A DNA stretch of 63,615 nt, filler included, from Octopus bimaculoides (lineage: Eukaryota): assembly GCF_001194135.2 (NCBI RefSeq). It is 4 parts of 4 records of this genome, joined end to end, with 100 filler letters (N's around TTAATTAATTAA, not from the genome) between each part and the next. Parts side by side here need not be neighbours in the genome. Positions count along the whole stretch, not along the records: positions 31,515 to 52,629 come from NC_068983.1; 3 more parts are not named here. One strand, written 5' to 3'. This document shows positions 35,878-48,213 of the stretch, piece by piece. The translations under genes were made by a program, and so were the position numbers. The notes below the pieces were generated by a model that did not search any database, was not told the DNA's origin, and worked only from the letters and a program-made list of their open reading frames with translations. Numbering within the stretch: the first letter of the stretch is position 1; each line of letters begins with the position of its first letter.

Positions 35878-37644
35878 ATATAAGCATGCACAATATTTCC
35901 TCAGCGGAAATTCCAAGGGGACTACAGCCCTGAAGTCTCAAACATGAAAGTTATTAAACTTTATTTAATGATAATACTGACGGTATCTATCTGTACATAA
36001 GACCGGTAGTAATTTTGAAAATGATGCTCCTTTATTTTACGGAATTGGGTATAATGCATACGTTCCAGCAATCATAAGGGAGATACACGTGATAAATATA
36101 GAAATGCAATCTTGCATCCAAAGAAAAGAATGTGCTATTTACTTATGTTTTTACAATACATGACACATTCTGGTAAGGTTTTATTTACATTTGAATCTAT
36201 TCCGTGAAAATACTATAAACACTGGGGTAAATTACTGGACTTTCCCACTCACATTACAAACAGTAAAAGGAAAAGGGAAATGTCTATTTTAATTAGGTAG
36301 ATATTTGAATCATGTAGAATATTTTAATTATGTAAATCGTATAAATAGTAGTAACATTTCAAATTATTGAATTAGAACTATGAATTCTATATTAAACTTC
36401 TTAATTTATGTGCTTGTATTCCTATATTCTTAGTCTAATTTCAGAAACAGCAAAATTAATTGTAGCAGAATATTTTATTCAGACGTCACTTCTACAGTGT
36501 AATGAATATTTATATTTCCAAACTTTAATTATTTACTATTTTTTTAGTTTTTATTTTACATATAATTTGTTTTCTTTTTGTTGTATATTTATTTACCTAC
36601 AGGTTACACATACAAGATTTTTCTTCCTCCACTGGTATACCTTACGTTTTACCTTTGTTACAAATTATTTTCATATACATAAAATTCTTGCATCTACCTC
36701 TCTTGATCTCCCATTAACATCTTAAAGGTATTTTAAGTATTACTTATAAAACACAATATAATCATACCACTCTCTCTTTATATAGTTTGGTAATTATATA
36801 TACACTGAACAGTTTACCTCTATCCAAATATGTATTTAAATTTAAATTGTTTATTGTGGTTATGAACCGACCATTCACCGCTTCAGAGTGGACATTTCTT
36901 ATAATTATTTAAATTTATGATTATCTTTACACTTATCAGAATTAATTAATTTATTCACGTGTATCCATCTTACTTTAGAATGTAACTTCCTATTTTATAT
37001 ATTTTCCCGTTATCTTTCAATTTTCTCTTTTATTGTAGTTTCTTTTAATAACTTATTGATTTTCTTTCTTATATTTCTAGAACGACAGCGAAATATTTAA
37101 CCTCCAACACTTTTTTTAGCAGCCGCAGTGTAATATGAGTGGCTAAATAGTTTAAACATATACGATCATTTACCCTGTTACATCTTTATATAACATCACT
37201 GAATTTGTATTATATTCAAATGGTTGCAGACATTTATATAATTTCAAATACAACTTAACCTTTAAAAGAATTAAAGAATTAGACAATGAAATCTACTAAG
37301 ACAAAAAACAGAGTCTCTGCTCGTGTGCCATAAAACTTCAGCGCTGAAGAAACGTAGGTCAATGATGATGTAAATAACTGCGCACACATATTTTGTCTTC
37401 CTTTTTTAGTATTACTGCAACATTGAAATAACATGGTTTGAATACAATTTTGACGTAGCAAAATATAACAAAAATGATTGGTCTCATAGGTAATGCACGG
37501 AAAACAAAATTCTGGTGCCACTGAATACCATATTGTGTTTTCGGATTTATAGAACACAGTAAAAACAGAAAATCACTGAAAGTCCGAAAGACAATTTTAA
37601 CCAAGAAATAATCTAAACCAAAAGAATGAAACTGGGGAAAGCGA

Positions 37645-38810
37645 CAGCAGGTGTTCGACATAAACCAACAGATCAGCAATACTCGGGTACTGGACTAGAT
37701 CCTGCTGACAGTACTTTCGAGCCTGTAAAGTTTATCTCGAACAGGCAGCACCCCTCGGTAGCACTGCCAGGCAAGGGATTTTCTGGAAGTTATCCATAAG
37801 ACCAGATCCGAGAGTTCTCCGAAACAGCTCGGTTAGTTGATATTCATCGACGCCCAGAGATTCTCCGAAAACGTCGTCGCACTTTCCTTCCTCTAGCCCT
37901 CTACCATCAACAGCATTACCCGCCTGGTGGAGGGCTGTGAGCGCTTGACAGCACTTGAGGTGCCAAGCGCCCCACCTCGGTCTACGTCTAATTCAGGTTT
38001 GCAGCTCAGTCAAAGAGACGAGCTGTGGGAAAGTGTGCCTGACAAAGGGAGACCACAGCTGATCACCATCAAAGAAACGCTGGAATGCCGAAACCTTAGT
38101 GCGTGTCTGCGCATCAGTAATTAAGGCATGCTCAACTCTCCATTCAGCGGCTGTTGACAGCAGATGGAGCGCCTGACCAGTGGACCGCATCCCTTCCACA
38201 GAAAGCGGAAGAGGAAACGCATCAGCTTTGTCAACCAGCAGAAGGGTCAATGGACGATGCTCAAGCGGTAATAGATGATGGATGCGATGGACGCATTTGC
38301 CATCTCCGCTCGTCCTTTTGGGGACAGTTTTCTCTCGGCCCATTTCTGGGTGAGATCGGCTACTCTTCTCGTCACCTAGTCCCACCTTTTCTCTTCCTGG
38401 AGGTCTGGACCAAACCAGACTCCGAGCAACTTAAACGGACCGTCTGTCCGGCACCCCACGACACTGTTGGACGGCAGGGACTTGCCTCTCTAGGTGCCGA
38501 GTTGCAAGCTCACTGACTTTTCCGCGTTAAGTTTTGCTCCTGTCACTGCTTCATATTCTTGTAGGTTGTTATATGCCTGTGGCTCGACTATATGACGGTG
38601 ACCTCATCCGCGTCAGCAGACACACTTCTCCTACATCCTAGATCACGCAGCACAACCCTCGAAGCTTCCAACTTCGCAGTAGTGGCTCAAGAATCAGTAC
38701 ATACAGAAGGGAGGAGAGAGGGCACTCTTGATGGACCGAACGCAAGATGCTGAATGGCTTCGGCAGGTGACCATTCACCCGAGCAACGAGCATTAGAGCT
38801 CTCCCGCACT
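37645..38810 (-). mobile_element. Degenerate Tx1/L1-clade LINE (RT domain 4 to C-terminal region)
   Basis: Minus strand gives SVHQECPLSSLLYVLILEPLL, SADADEVTVI, TGAKLNAEKS, KLLGVWFGP, FLFRFLWKG, QQPLNGELSMP and QKSLAWQCYRGVLPVRDKL. Confidence 0.88.
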
Positions 38811-39294
38811 ATTTAGCACTCATGAAATCATAGTAAGAGAAAGATGTTCCAAGAGCGAATGCCTTTTACACCGAATGTGTTTTTTTTTTCAAATGTCGAC
38901 AAGAAAGAAGGAAAGTCATTTGCTACTGTCTTACTGTTTTTGTTAAGGCCAAAATCATTTGGAATTATCAAAGCGAGTGTGCTTACCGTCTGTGTTGAAA
39001 GAGGATTTAAAGACATTCTGATCGACGAGCAGTATGATTTATAATTCATTGACCGGAAGAGAATATTTGGAATGAGGGATCTGTTGTTGTTGACATAGAG
39101 CAGTGTAAAATGCAGGAATATGTTCAGACATGATACATATGTGATTTGTATTGCTTATAATGAAAGTAGAGAAGGTGATACTGATGACAGAATTAATATG
39201 TTAATCAACTGCAGGTGGTCTTGGTAGTATATGGCGTGGTGATGGTGGTGTTAGTGACAGTGGTAGCATAGTTAATATCTATATCATTAACAAC

Positions 39295-39638
39295 TATCGA
39301 CGCCGAAAGGATGAAAGGCAAAGTCGATCTCAGCGGAATTTAAACTCAGAACGTAAAGACAGACGAAATACCGCTAAGCATTTCGCCCGGCATGCTAACA
39401 TTTCTTATTTCTTTATTGCCCACAAGAGGCTAAACATAGAGGGGCCAAGCAGGGACACACAAAAGGATTAAGTCGATTACTTCGACCCCAGAGCGTAACT
39501 GGTATTTAATTTATCGACCCCGAAAAGATGAAAAGCAAAGTAGACCTAGGCGGAATTTGAACTCAGAACGTAACGGCAGTCGAAATACTGCTAAGCATTT
39601 CGCCTGTCGTGCTAACATTTCTGCCAGTTCGCTCCCTT
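39295..39638 (-). mobile_element. SINE family A dimer (full copy 39401-39638 plus partial copy)
   Basis: Head ctggcagaaatgttagcacg, B box gttctgagttcaaattccgcc, and tail ttagcctcttgtgggcaataaagaaataagaaa. Confidence 0.85.
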
Positions 39639-41127
39639 AGTAGTTAGTATCAATAACGTTTTTTGGTATGTTTCAACTTATGTGATTTTAGTGTATTTGT
39701 TAGAAACACACATGGTCACTGTGAAAAAAATTAGAGTACTGAGAGCGAGCCCCGCCGGCTTACATACGAAAAGCAGGGAAAGATGGAAAACCCTAACACC
39801 CGATATTCTAATTTATGCATGTAATCTTACCATAATATACAATGTTTAACGTACTTTCGACAAAAATGTTACAAATTAAATTTTGATGTTTATTTTATAT
39901 TTTCATTACATCAATACGTTATATTGTGATAAGTTCTGTATTGACCGCATTTGAGTATTAGATATATAATTGCTTTTCATGTTATAGTACCTCGTATAGC
40001 TTTTCCTCTCATGCCATCCTTTGTAGTCCTCGTGTCATATGTTCTCATTCTTGTGCTTCATGAAGATTTATATCTACCATTATTTTGTTCTATAATTTAG
40101 TCCATCTGTTTTATGAGTATTCTTTAGTTTAGATTTTCCATGGTAATAGTTTTACTTCAGCCGACTGGCAGGCGCCTCTCTTGGTATTGTTTTATTATTT
40201 AATCTTTTCTAAAATATTCTTTTATCTTCTCAAACCATTTATTTTTATTTACTCTAGAGTAATACATTCATTATGTAAAACTCTGTATTCTTGACACTTA
40301 ATCCAGTTAAATTAAATTAATATGATTTTTAGAATTTACGATGCTGTTAGATTAGAATGTGATGCTTTATATATGTGCGTTAACGCCTGCCTATATATCG
40401 GGACTTATTTTTATTTCGCAGTGTACCACCCTCTCTCTCGCTCTCTGACTGATTGCTAAATATACTCTGGCGTGCATTATTCGTTTTAAGTCCGTTGTAT
40501 CTATATTATTTACGTGCTGTGTAGTTATATTTAATGCTGAGATAGCTTGTTTCACTGGGGTTATGTTTTCCTTCATGTTGTATTATATACTGTTGACATA
40601 TATCTTTTATTATTCTCTGAGCATGTAGCGCTGTTTGTTTTCATGTTTTGGGAATTTACTACTTGTTTCGTTTGTTTTCGTGATAGTGTACTGTATTTAA
40701 TATATTGTTATTTGAATTCCCATTATCCAACAGAAAGTTGTATTGTATTCCGTAGATTTATTGTTTAGGTATTGCCTAATATTATGTTCTTTTTATCATA
40801 TTTACACCATAATTTTGGCATAAAAACTGCACATCTGATTATCATAGTTAAAACATTTATATACTGTTATATTTCAGTCGGTTGTTTGCAATATGTTGAG
40901 TAACATCCGAACAATTTTGGGCAATGTTTGTATCGTTTCATGGTAGTCTCCACATTGATAGTAGATGAATACATGCATGTAAATACATGTAAGTTTGTTT
41001 GTATGTATTATATATGTGTGTGCGTGTGTGTATGTGTGTGTATGTGTGTGTATGTGTGTGTGTATGTGCATATATATTTCGGTGCGAATGTTTTTTTATT
41101 AATACAGTGCCGTCATTTACCTTATTA

Positions 41128-41295
41128 ATGGTATTTCTATATAAACTTAAAGCTTATGGCGATCGCCGTGCAATGAGTAAGGAAAGTAATCTAATAAAGA
41201 GGCTATCGAGGGCTTATATGCCCCTTTATTGGACTACTTTCCTTAGTTATTGCATAGTGATCGCCATAAGCTTTAAGTTTATATGAAAATACCAT
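41128..41295. repeat. Foldback element/MITE with ~75-bp inverted arms
   Basis: 41128-41203 is the reverse complement of 41220-41295, sharing atataaacttaaagcttatggcgatc; the spacer is about 16 nt. Confidence 0.85.
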
Positions 41296-41449
41296 ATATA
41301 TANNNNNNNNNNNNNNNNNNNNNNNNNNNNNNNNNNNNNNNNNNNNNNNNNNNNNNNNNNNNNNNNNNNNNNNNNNNNNNNNNNNNNNNNNNNNNNNNNN
41401 NNNNNNNNNNNNNNNNNNNNNNNNNNNNNNNNNNNNNNNNNNNNNNNNN

Positions 41450-41483
<34 letters not shown>

Positions 41484-42399
41484 GATATGCAGTACAGTCT
41501 TGCAAAACTAAATTCACTGATTCAATAAAATTCTGAATGTGAATTGGGAATTGTCTATGAAGAATATCATATTGAATCGGGAGAATGGTATTATAACTAT
41601 TTTACTATTTTACCAACTAACAGAATTGATGTTAGTAAGCGTATATTCATTCCAATTATGATAATTACGCTGAGACATCACTTGCATTAGTAAGTTCCTT
41701 GGCGGTAGTTTTCTTTGCAATACTAATTTTAGCCTATTCAACTCTCCATCGACTTTTCAACTATTTCCTCCGAAAATTAAATTTGATTAAAACATCATCA
41801 TATACTTCTATTCAAATGCTTCCTGCTTCTTTGTTCTGCGTATTTGCTACGTAATGTGATCTGAGATCATGTGCTTCAACACTATCAGTTGCAGAGATTT
41901 CATTTTGTTTTCTCATCTTCTTTCTTTAACAGATCATATCATTTTCATTATTAGTGAACAATCTTTACAATTTATCAACACTTACTTTAAGTGGTTTTGC
42001 TTACGAATTACGAAAATCACAATTTCTTGACCCGAGAAGGAAACAGGAAAAATAAATATATCTCTGAAATAACTGAGCAAAGAAGAACAACCACTGAAGG
42101 TAGCTGCTTTGAAACAAGTCAAATAATAATTCTTGTATGCCAATAATAGTGGCTGTTTTTCTGATTGAAGAAGATTTCCGAAATTTTCAAATTTAAAAGT
42201 TTTTCTACTTTGTATTTTAAATTGATGTAAAGAAAATTAAAACTTCCTCACGGAAGAAAAACTGAATAGAATTGGATATTAAAAAAAGAAACGGTTAAGA
42301 TGCTCTACAACAGGCATTAACATAGCATGAAGGATTATATTACTGAATATCAGACGCTGTGTTGGGAATACTAAGCATTATTCTGATCTTACTGGATAC

Positions 42400-42560
42400 A
42401 GGAGCGGGCAGAATCGTTAGCACGCCGGATAAAATGCTTAGCAGTATTTCGTTCGTCTTTACATTCTGAGATCAAATTCCGCCGACGCTTACTTTGCCTT
42501 ACTTACTTTCTGGGCAAATAAATAAAGTAGCAGTTGAACACTGGCGTCGATGCAATCGAC
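42400..42560 (+). mobile_element. SINE family A copy followed by an inverted head fragment (42565-42615)
   Basis: gggcagaatcgttagcacgccggataaaatgcttagc and ttctgagatcaaattccgcc. Confidence 0.75.
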
Positions 42561-44224
42561 AAGGGAAATGCTACTAAACATTTTACCCGGCCTTCTACCG
42601 ATCCTGCCAGCTTGGTGAAATTCTAATAATGTAATCGTTTAGTCGTATAATATACTACATTATACTATATTATTCAACTAGTTTTCACTTGTCTTCGCAT
42701 CGATGCTTGTGATATAATTTAGCAAACATAACAAGTTATGTGTGATTGTTAATCGGTTTTAGAGTAGTCGAAGAGTAGAATTATTACAGAAGGAAGTTGC
42801 AATCTTCTCACCCGAGGTTAATCATTTAGATCTGCACTAGGGCTAGCAACAGAACTTTAGGATCGGGGAAATAGGCATAAAACTCTTTAGAGTAATAATT
42901 AGTTGCCTCTAACATCAATATTCACTGAATAGCTTTTCACCAATGCTTGTTGAAGTATTCAGCATAGTCTTCAGTAAAACGCATTATCAATCTGATTTAT
43001 AATGTCTGACTTATAACTTCGCCAGTGAATATCACGTATCGTCGTTTGCCCAACAATATGTCACATATTTCTGCTTGTTTCTACGACAGCCAACATAAAA
43101 GTGTACGGAGATTCTAAAACCGATTACCTAAACACTATATTTCGCAATTCATCTGCATTTCCTATAGTTTAATTTGTTTTTCATTCAGTATTTATTTTAT
43201 ATTTTTTAAGTCTGGTAATTACACTATCACTATCTTTTGGCCAGCCATTATGTAGCGGAGATGTAAACAAACCAACTCTTGTTACCAAGTGATGTAGGTG
43301 TGTGACAAACACAAAAATACGCACTCACATATACGTGACACGCTTACACGCAGTTTCAGTCAACCACATTCACTTACGAAAAATTGATCGGTCCATGTCG
43401 ATCACTTCTTTTAAAGTGAATTTAGTTGACGGAAATCTTGATCATATTCACCTAGGGTGCTGTACAGTAGGATTGAACACGAACCTACTGTGTTGCAAGC
43501 GAGCTTCTTTACTACAGCGTCAAACTAGCATCTATGCAGCACGTAAGAAAAACTTGCTTCATATCTTGTATGTATTCTTTTATAGTGCATGTTATTTGAC
43601 AGTTTTTTGTTTTGTTCCAACATCGGAAATTATTTCTAGATAAATTGATGAAACATATGAATGCAGAAAAACATTTTTCTCTCCAGGCTTCTCCATTGCC
43701 TATTGCATTTGTAAGTCTTATGTTAACATGTCATTTTTATGTTATGAATAATATTTCTTTCTTCCTGTCAGGAAATCCCATACTCATATTTTCAGCATGA
43801 ATTATGGAAACTATATTTACAAAAAACGTGAATTTTAAATTTATGTTTAAACCCAATTGATATTGACGAGAAATACATTGACAAAATGTAAAATCTATCA
43901 AAAATGTATAGTCGAGTAAACCTATCTGGGCAACATTAATTAAAACTACATTGGTAACATATAGAATACTCAACTCAAACTCCATTGATAATGCAATGAT
44001 CTAGACACAATAAAACATAATTTTTGTGAAATAATAATATATATCAATAGAATTGCAATAGAAAGAACTCACCGCACCAATAAAAATACGCTTCGGCAGC
44101 GTAAGAGACATCTAGCATTTCAACTAGTAGCATTGTCCCTTTATCGCCATAGATCAAATAAATGCAAGCAAAACATGTCACACGCAGACACAGATGTATT
44201 ATGAATAAAAAATTAATTGAAAGA

Positions 44225-44560
44225 TATTATTACCTCCGCCTTAGCAAAGGTGAATGTATTGTTTTCAGTCAAATTTGTTTTCTTGTCCGACCGTGGACAA
44301 GATATCTCAAGGACCACAGGATGGATTCGGATAAAACTTTCAGGGATGTTTGGCCCCGTGACTGGCACGAACAGATTAGATTTTGGGATTGATCCGTTAC
44401 CGAATACAGGATATGGATTATATTTCCTTTTTTTTTATTCACTTAACTTTTGAGAGCAGTCGTGTTCATTTTTAGTATTTTCGCTTGTGAGAGCAGTCAT
44501 GTTTATTTCAGAAATTCTCATTTTAAAATCATCTCTGGCTAATTGAGTGCTCTTCTGTGA
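44225..44560 (+). mobile_element. Helentron/DINE-like non-autonomous element
   Basis: Begins tattacctccgcc...tattgttttcagt...tttgtt...gtcc and contains ggatggattcggataaaactttcaggg, an architecture recalled for HINE-like elements. Confidence 0.5.
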
Positions 44561-44569
44561 AATTGCTAT

Positions 44570-44750
44570 AAGGCGGGAAGCTGACTGAATCGTTAACACG
44601 CAAGGCGACAGGCTTAGCGGTATTTAGTCTGCCCCTACATTCTGAGTTCAAATTCTGCCTAGGTCGACTTCATCTTTCATCCTTTCGGTGTCATTGAAAT
44701 AAGTACCAGTTACGCCCTGGGGCCGAAGTAATCGACTTAATCCCCTGCCA
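44570..44750 (+). mobile_element. SINE family A copy
   Basis: aaggcgggaagctgactgaatcgttaac, cattctgagttcaaattctgcc and catcctttcgg motifs. Confidence 0.8.
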
Positions 44751-45984
44751 CGAGCTGCTTTGTGGTAAAAATTTGATATCATTATTTAGAAATGGTACAA
44801 TTGTTTCATAACATGGTTTGCCTAATTTTTTTTCATCTAGATGTATCATACATGTAATAGATAATATAATAAAGCTCGTACGCGCACACTCACATACACA
44901 CGCAAATATATATATATATATATATATATACCCCACACACACACAGATATATATTTATATATNNNNNNNNNNNNNNNNNNNNNNNNNNNNNNNNNNNNNN
45001 NNNNNNNNNNNNNNNNNNNNNNNNNNNNNNNNNNNNNNNNNNNNNNNNNNNNNNNNNNNNNNNNNNNNNNNNNNNNNNNNNNNNNNNNNNNNNNNNNNNN
45101 NNNNNNNNNNNNNNNNNNNNNNNNNNNNNNNNNNNNNNNNNNNNNNNNNNNNNNNNNNNNNNNNNNNNNNNNNNNNNNNNNNNNNNNNNNNNNNNNNNNN
45201 NNNNNNNNNNNNNNNNNNNNNNNNNNNNNNNNNNNNNNNNNNNNNNNNNNNNNNNNNNNNNNNNNNNNNNNNNNNNNNNNNNNNNNNNNNNNNNNNNNNN
45301 NNNNNNNNNNNNNNNNNNNNNNNNNNNNNNNNNNNNNNNNNNNNNNNNNNNNNNNNNNNNNNNNNNNNNNNNNNNNNNNNNNNNNNNNNNNNNNNNNNNN
45401 NNNNNNNNNNNNNNNNNNNNNNNNNNNNNNNNNNNNNNNNNNNNNNNNNNNNNNNNNNNNNNNNNNNNNNNNNNNNNNNNNNNNNNNNNNNNNNNNNNNN
45501 NNNNNNNNNNNNNNNNNNNNNNNNNNNNNNNNNNNNNNNNNNNNNNNNNNNNNNNNNNNNNNNNNNNNNNNNNNNNNNNNNNNNNNNNNNNNNNNNNNNN
45601 NNNNNNNNNNNNNNNNNNNNNNNNNNNNNNNNNNNNNNNNNNNNNNNNNNNNNNNNNNNNNNNNNNNNNNNNNNNNNNNNNNNNNNNNNNNNNNNNNNNN
45701 NNNNNNNNNNNNNNNNNNNNNNNNNNNNNNNNNNNNNNNNNNNNNNNNNNNNNNNNNNNNNNNNNNNNNNNNNNNNNNNNNNNNNNNNNNNNNNNNNNNN
45801 NNNNNNNNNNNNNNNNNNNNNNNNNNNNNNNNNNNNNNNNNNNNNNNNNNNNNNNNNNNNNNNNNNNNNNNNNNNNNNNNNNNNNNNNNNNNNNNNNNNN
45901 NNNNNNNNNNNNNNNNNNNNNNNNCAGGAAATATTGAAGCTGTATAAAAGAAGGCCAAAAGAAAATAACAACAACAACAACTAC

Positions 45985-46038
<54 letters not shown>

Positions 46039-46373
46039 GGACATTTTCCTGCTGGATACACATATTCCCGAAATGAAATGATGTTATGTATATAAATAAT
46101 ATGGTATAGCAGAATAAACCGAAGAGCAGTGTATATATACAAATATTTGAAGAATCTAATATATTCCGTAATGTTAACGCTATTGTGAGGAAGATAACAT
46201 TAACTACTTATCATTGAAAACTTAGTTGCTCTTTAGTAATATAAATGAGACCACCGAATACTGTTAATGGAAAGGACAATGAAGCTCTGGTACTTTCTGC
46301 AACTCATGCTCTCAACTATATACTGAACTACTAATGTTTGAAATTTAGCATATATTAAGGAAGAATAGCTACA

Positions 46374-46423
46374 GATTCCTGGCTTTCACCCAGGTGACAC
46401 GGGTTCGATTCTCAGCATGGGAA
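46374..46423 (+). pseudogene. 5'-degraded tRNA-Glu(TTC) remnant
   Basis: Anticodon arm CCTGG-CTTTCAC-CCAGG, T arm GGTTCGATTC, 3' end CATGGGAA, and T7 at 46430-46436. The 5' acceptor strand and D arm do not pair. Confidence 0.7.
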
Positions 46424-46439
46424 TGCATGTTTTTTTATA

Positions 46440-46617
46440 GGCGCAGATGTAGCTGGGTGGTAAGTAGCTTGCTTACCAACTATATAGTTCTGGGTTCAGT
46501 CCCACTGTGTGGAAACTTGGGCAAGTGTCTTCTACTATAGCCTCGGGCCTACCAAAGCCTTGTGAGTCGATGTGGTAGACGGAGACTGAAAGAAGCACGT
46601 CGTATATATACACATAA

Positions 46618-46653
<36 letters not shown>

Positions 46654-46875
46654 ATGTGTGTGGGTGTGTGTGTTTGTGTGTGTCTGTGTCTCTCTGCTTG
46701 TCCCCCACCATCGCTTCACAACCGATTTTTGTGTGTTTATGTACACGTTATCTGGCGGTTCGGCAAAAGAAACCGATAGAACTAGGCTTACAAATTATAA
46801 GTCCTGGGATCGATCTGTTTGACTAAACGTGGTGCTCCAGCATGGCCGTAGTCATATAACTGAAACAAGTAAAAG
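46440..46875 (+). mobile_element. SINE family B, near-full-length copy
   Basis: ggcgcag head, gggttcagtccc B box, cttgggcaagtgtcttctactatagcctcgg, an internal TA/TG microsatellite and tail actgaaacaagtaaaag. Confidence 0.9.
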
Positions 46876-46884
46876 CATAGGAAG

Positions 46885-47129
46885 AAACAATTGTTTGTTC
46901 CTTCTCGAGCCATACCGGTTCTCCCGTTTCATTGGCGTATATGTTCTCCCACTGAATAAGAAAAAGGTTGTGGCAAACGAGTCAGCAGAAGTTCGCAATT
47001 ACCTTCAGCCGGAGACACGTGGAACGCAGCTGTTTCGCTCATAAACATACACATCACCCGGTCTGAGATTCGAACCTGTGATCCCTCGATCACGAGTCCG
47101 CTGCTCGAACCACTTGGCCATGTGCCTCC
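46885..47129 (-). mobile_element. SINE family C with tRNA(Arg)-like head
   Basis: Minus strand ggaggcacatggccaagtggttcgagcagcggactcg...ggttcgaatctc carries A and B boxes; the tail is ggctcgagaaggaacaaacaa. Confidence 0.8.
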
Positions 47130-47654
47130 TCAGAAATAAAAGCAAAATAACATTGGATTTGTGCTTCAGACAGTAAAAAGAATATGCAAAAACTCATTTC
47201 TATGTGATGGGTGGAGGATCACGATTATTATGACCGTGTTTATGTAAGTATATGTATGTATGTATGTATGTATGTAAGATAAGGTAGAAAATGCTGATAT
47301 ATATATATAATTAGCAGTTTCTACCTTGACTTTTCGTATATATATATATATATATATAGATATAGATATATCAACTCGTGTGTACCTTTTCATCCTTTCG
47401 GGGTCTATCTAATCGAGTGGCTCCCACCTCCAAATTTCAGGCCTCGTGCCTTGTGTAGAAAAGTGTATTATATATATATATACATATATATATAGGTGGC
47501 CTGTGTGTTTTCTGTACTCTGTTTATCATTTCACGTTTTTTTTTTGCAACGTCCTGTACCCAGATATGCATCTATATATACATGTAGGTGTAGCTATGTA
47601 CATACATGTACGTATACATGCATATACTCATTTATTATTTGTATTATATATATA

Positions 47655-48213
47655 CAGGGTTATTCAGAAAAGAAAGAACAGATTTTAAATTTACTTTTAA
47701 AACAAACGGTATGAGACACAAACACATTCTACATATTTCTTGATAGGGGACGGTTTGAAGTTTATTTTACGGTAGTATGCACTCAACAAGAGTACCATGA
47801 GCACCGGTGCTTTTTCCTTTACAAATGCAACCTTTTTCTGTGAATTTTTTTGCCATTCCTAAATTTGCTTATGCCGAGGTGATATTTTATTGAATTGGCG
47901 GCGAAATTCATGTTGCACTTTCACAATCGATTTGCCTTTCGCAAGCTGCAGCATACAAAATGCCCCTACTTGTGGTATCGTCATCTTATAAGGGATTGCG
48001 GAAATGAAAATTATACATCTGTAAATAAAATGAACAAAATGAAACATTAAATCAAAATTAAAATATTTTATTTAAGGCTTAATTCAGTTGATCATGTTAA
48101 ACTATACACTTTACTCCTTCCCCTATCAAGAAATATGTAGAATGTGTTTGAGTCTCTTACTGTTTACTTTAAAAATAAATTTGAAATCTGTTCTTTCTTT
48201 TTGAATAATTCTG
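47655..48213. mobile_element. Tc1/mariner deletion derivative with ~100-bp TIRs
   Basis: TA-CAGGGTTATTCAGAAAAGAAAGAACAGATTT and its reverse complement at 48120-48213. An internal minus-strand HTH-like fragment reads AFCMLQLAKGKSIVKVQHEFRRQF. Confidence 0.85.

Noticed and set aside
38987-44111. Possible minus-strand gene from donor-flanked segments 44073-44111 (MSLTLPKRIFIGA) and 38987-39080 (SLIPNILFRSMNYKSY...)
   Set aside because: The phases are incompatible (phase 0 end versus phase 2 start), and there is no recognisable homology.
46374-46423. Functional tRNA-Glu gene
   Set aside because: The 5' acceptor strand and D arm cannot pair, so it is annotated as a pseudogene.
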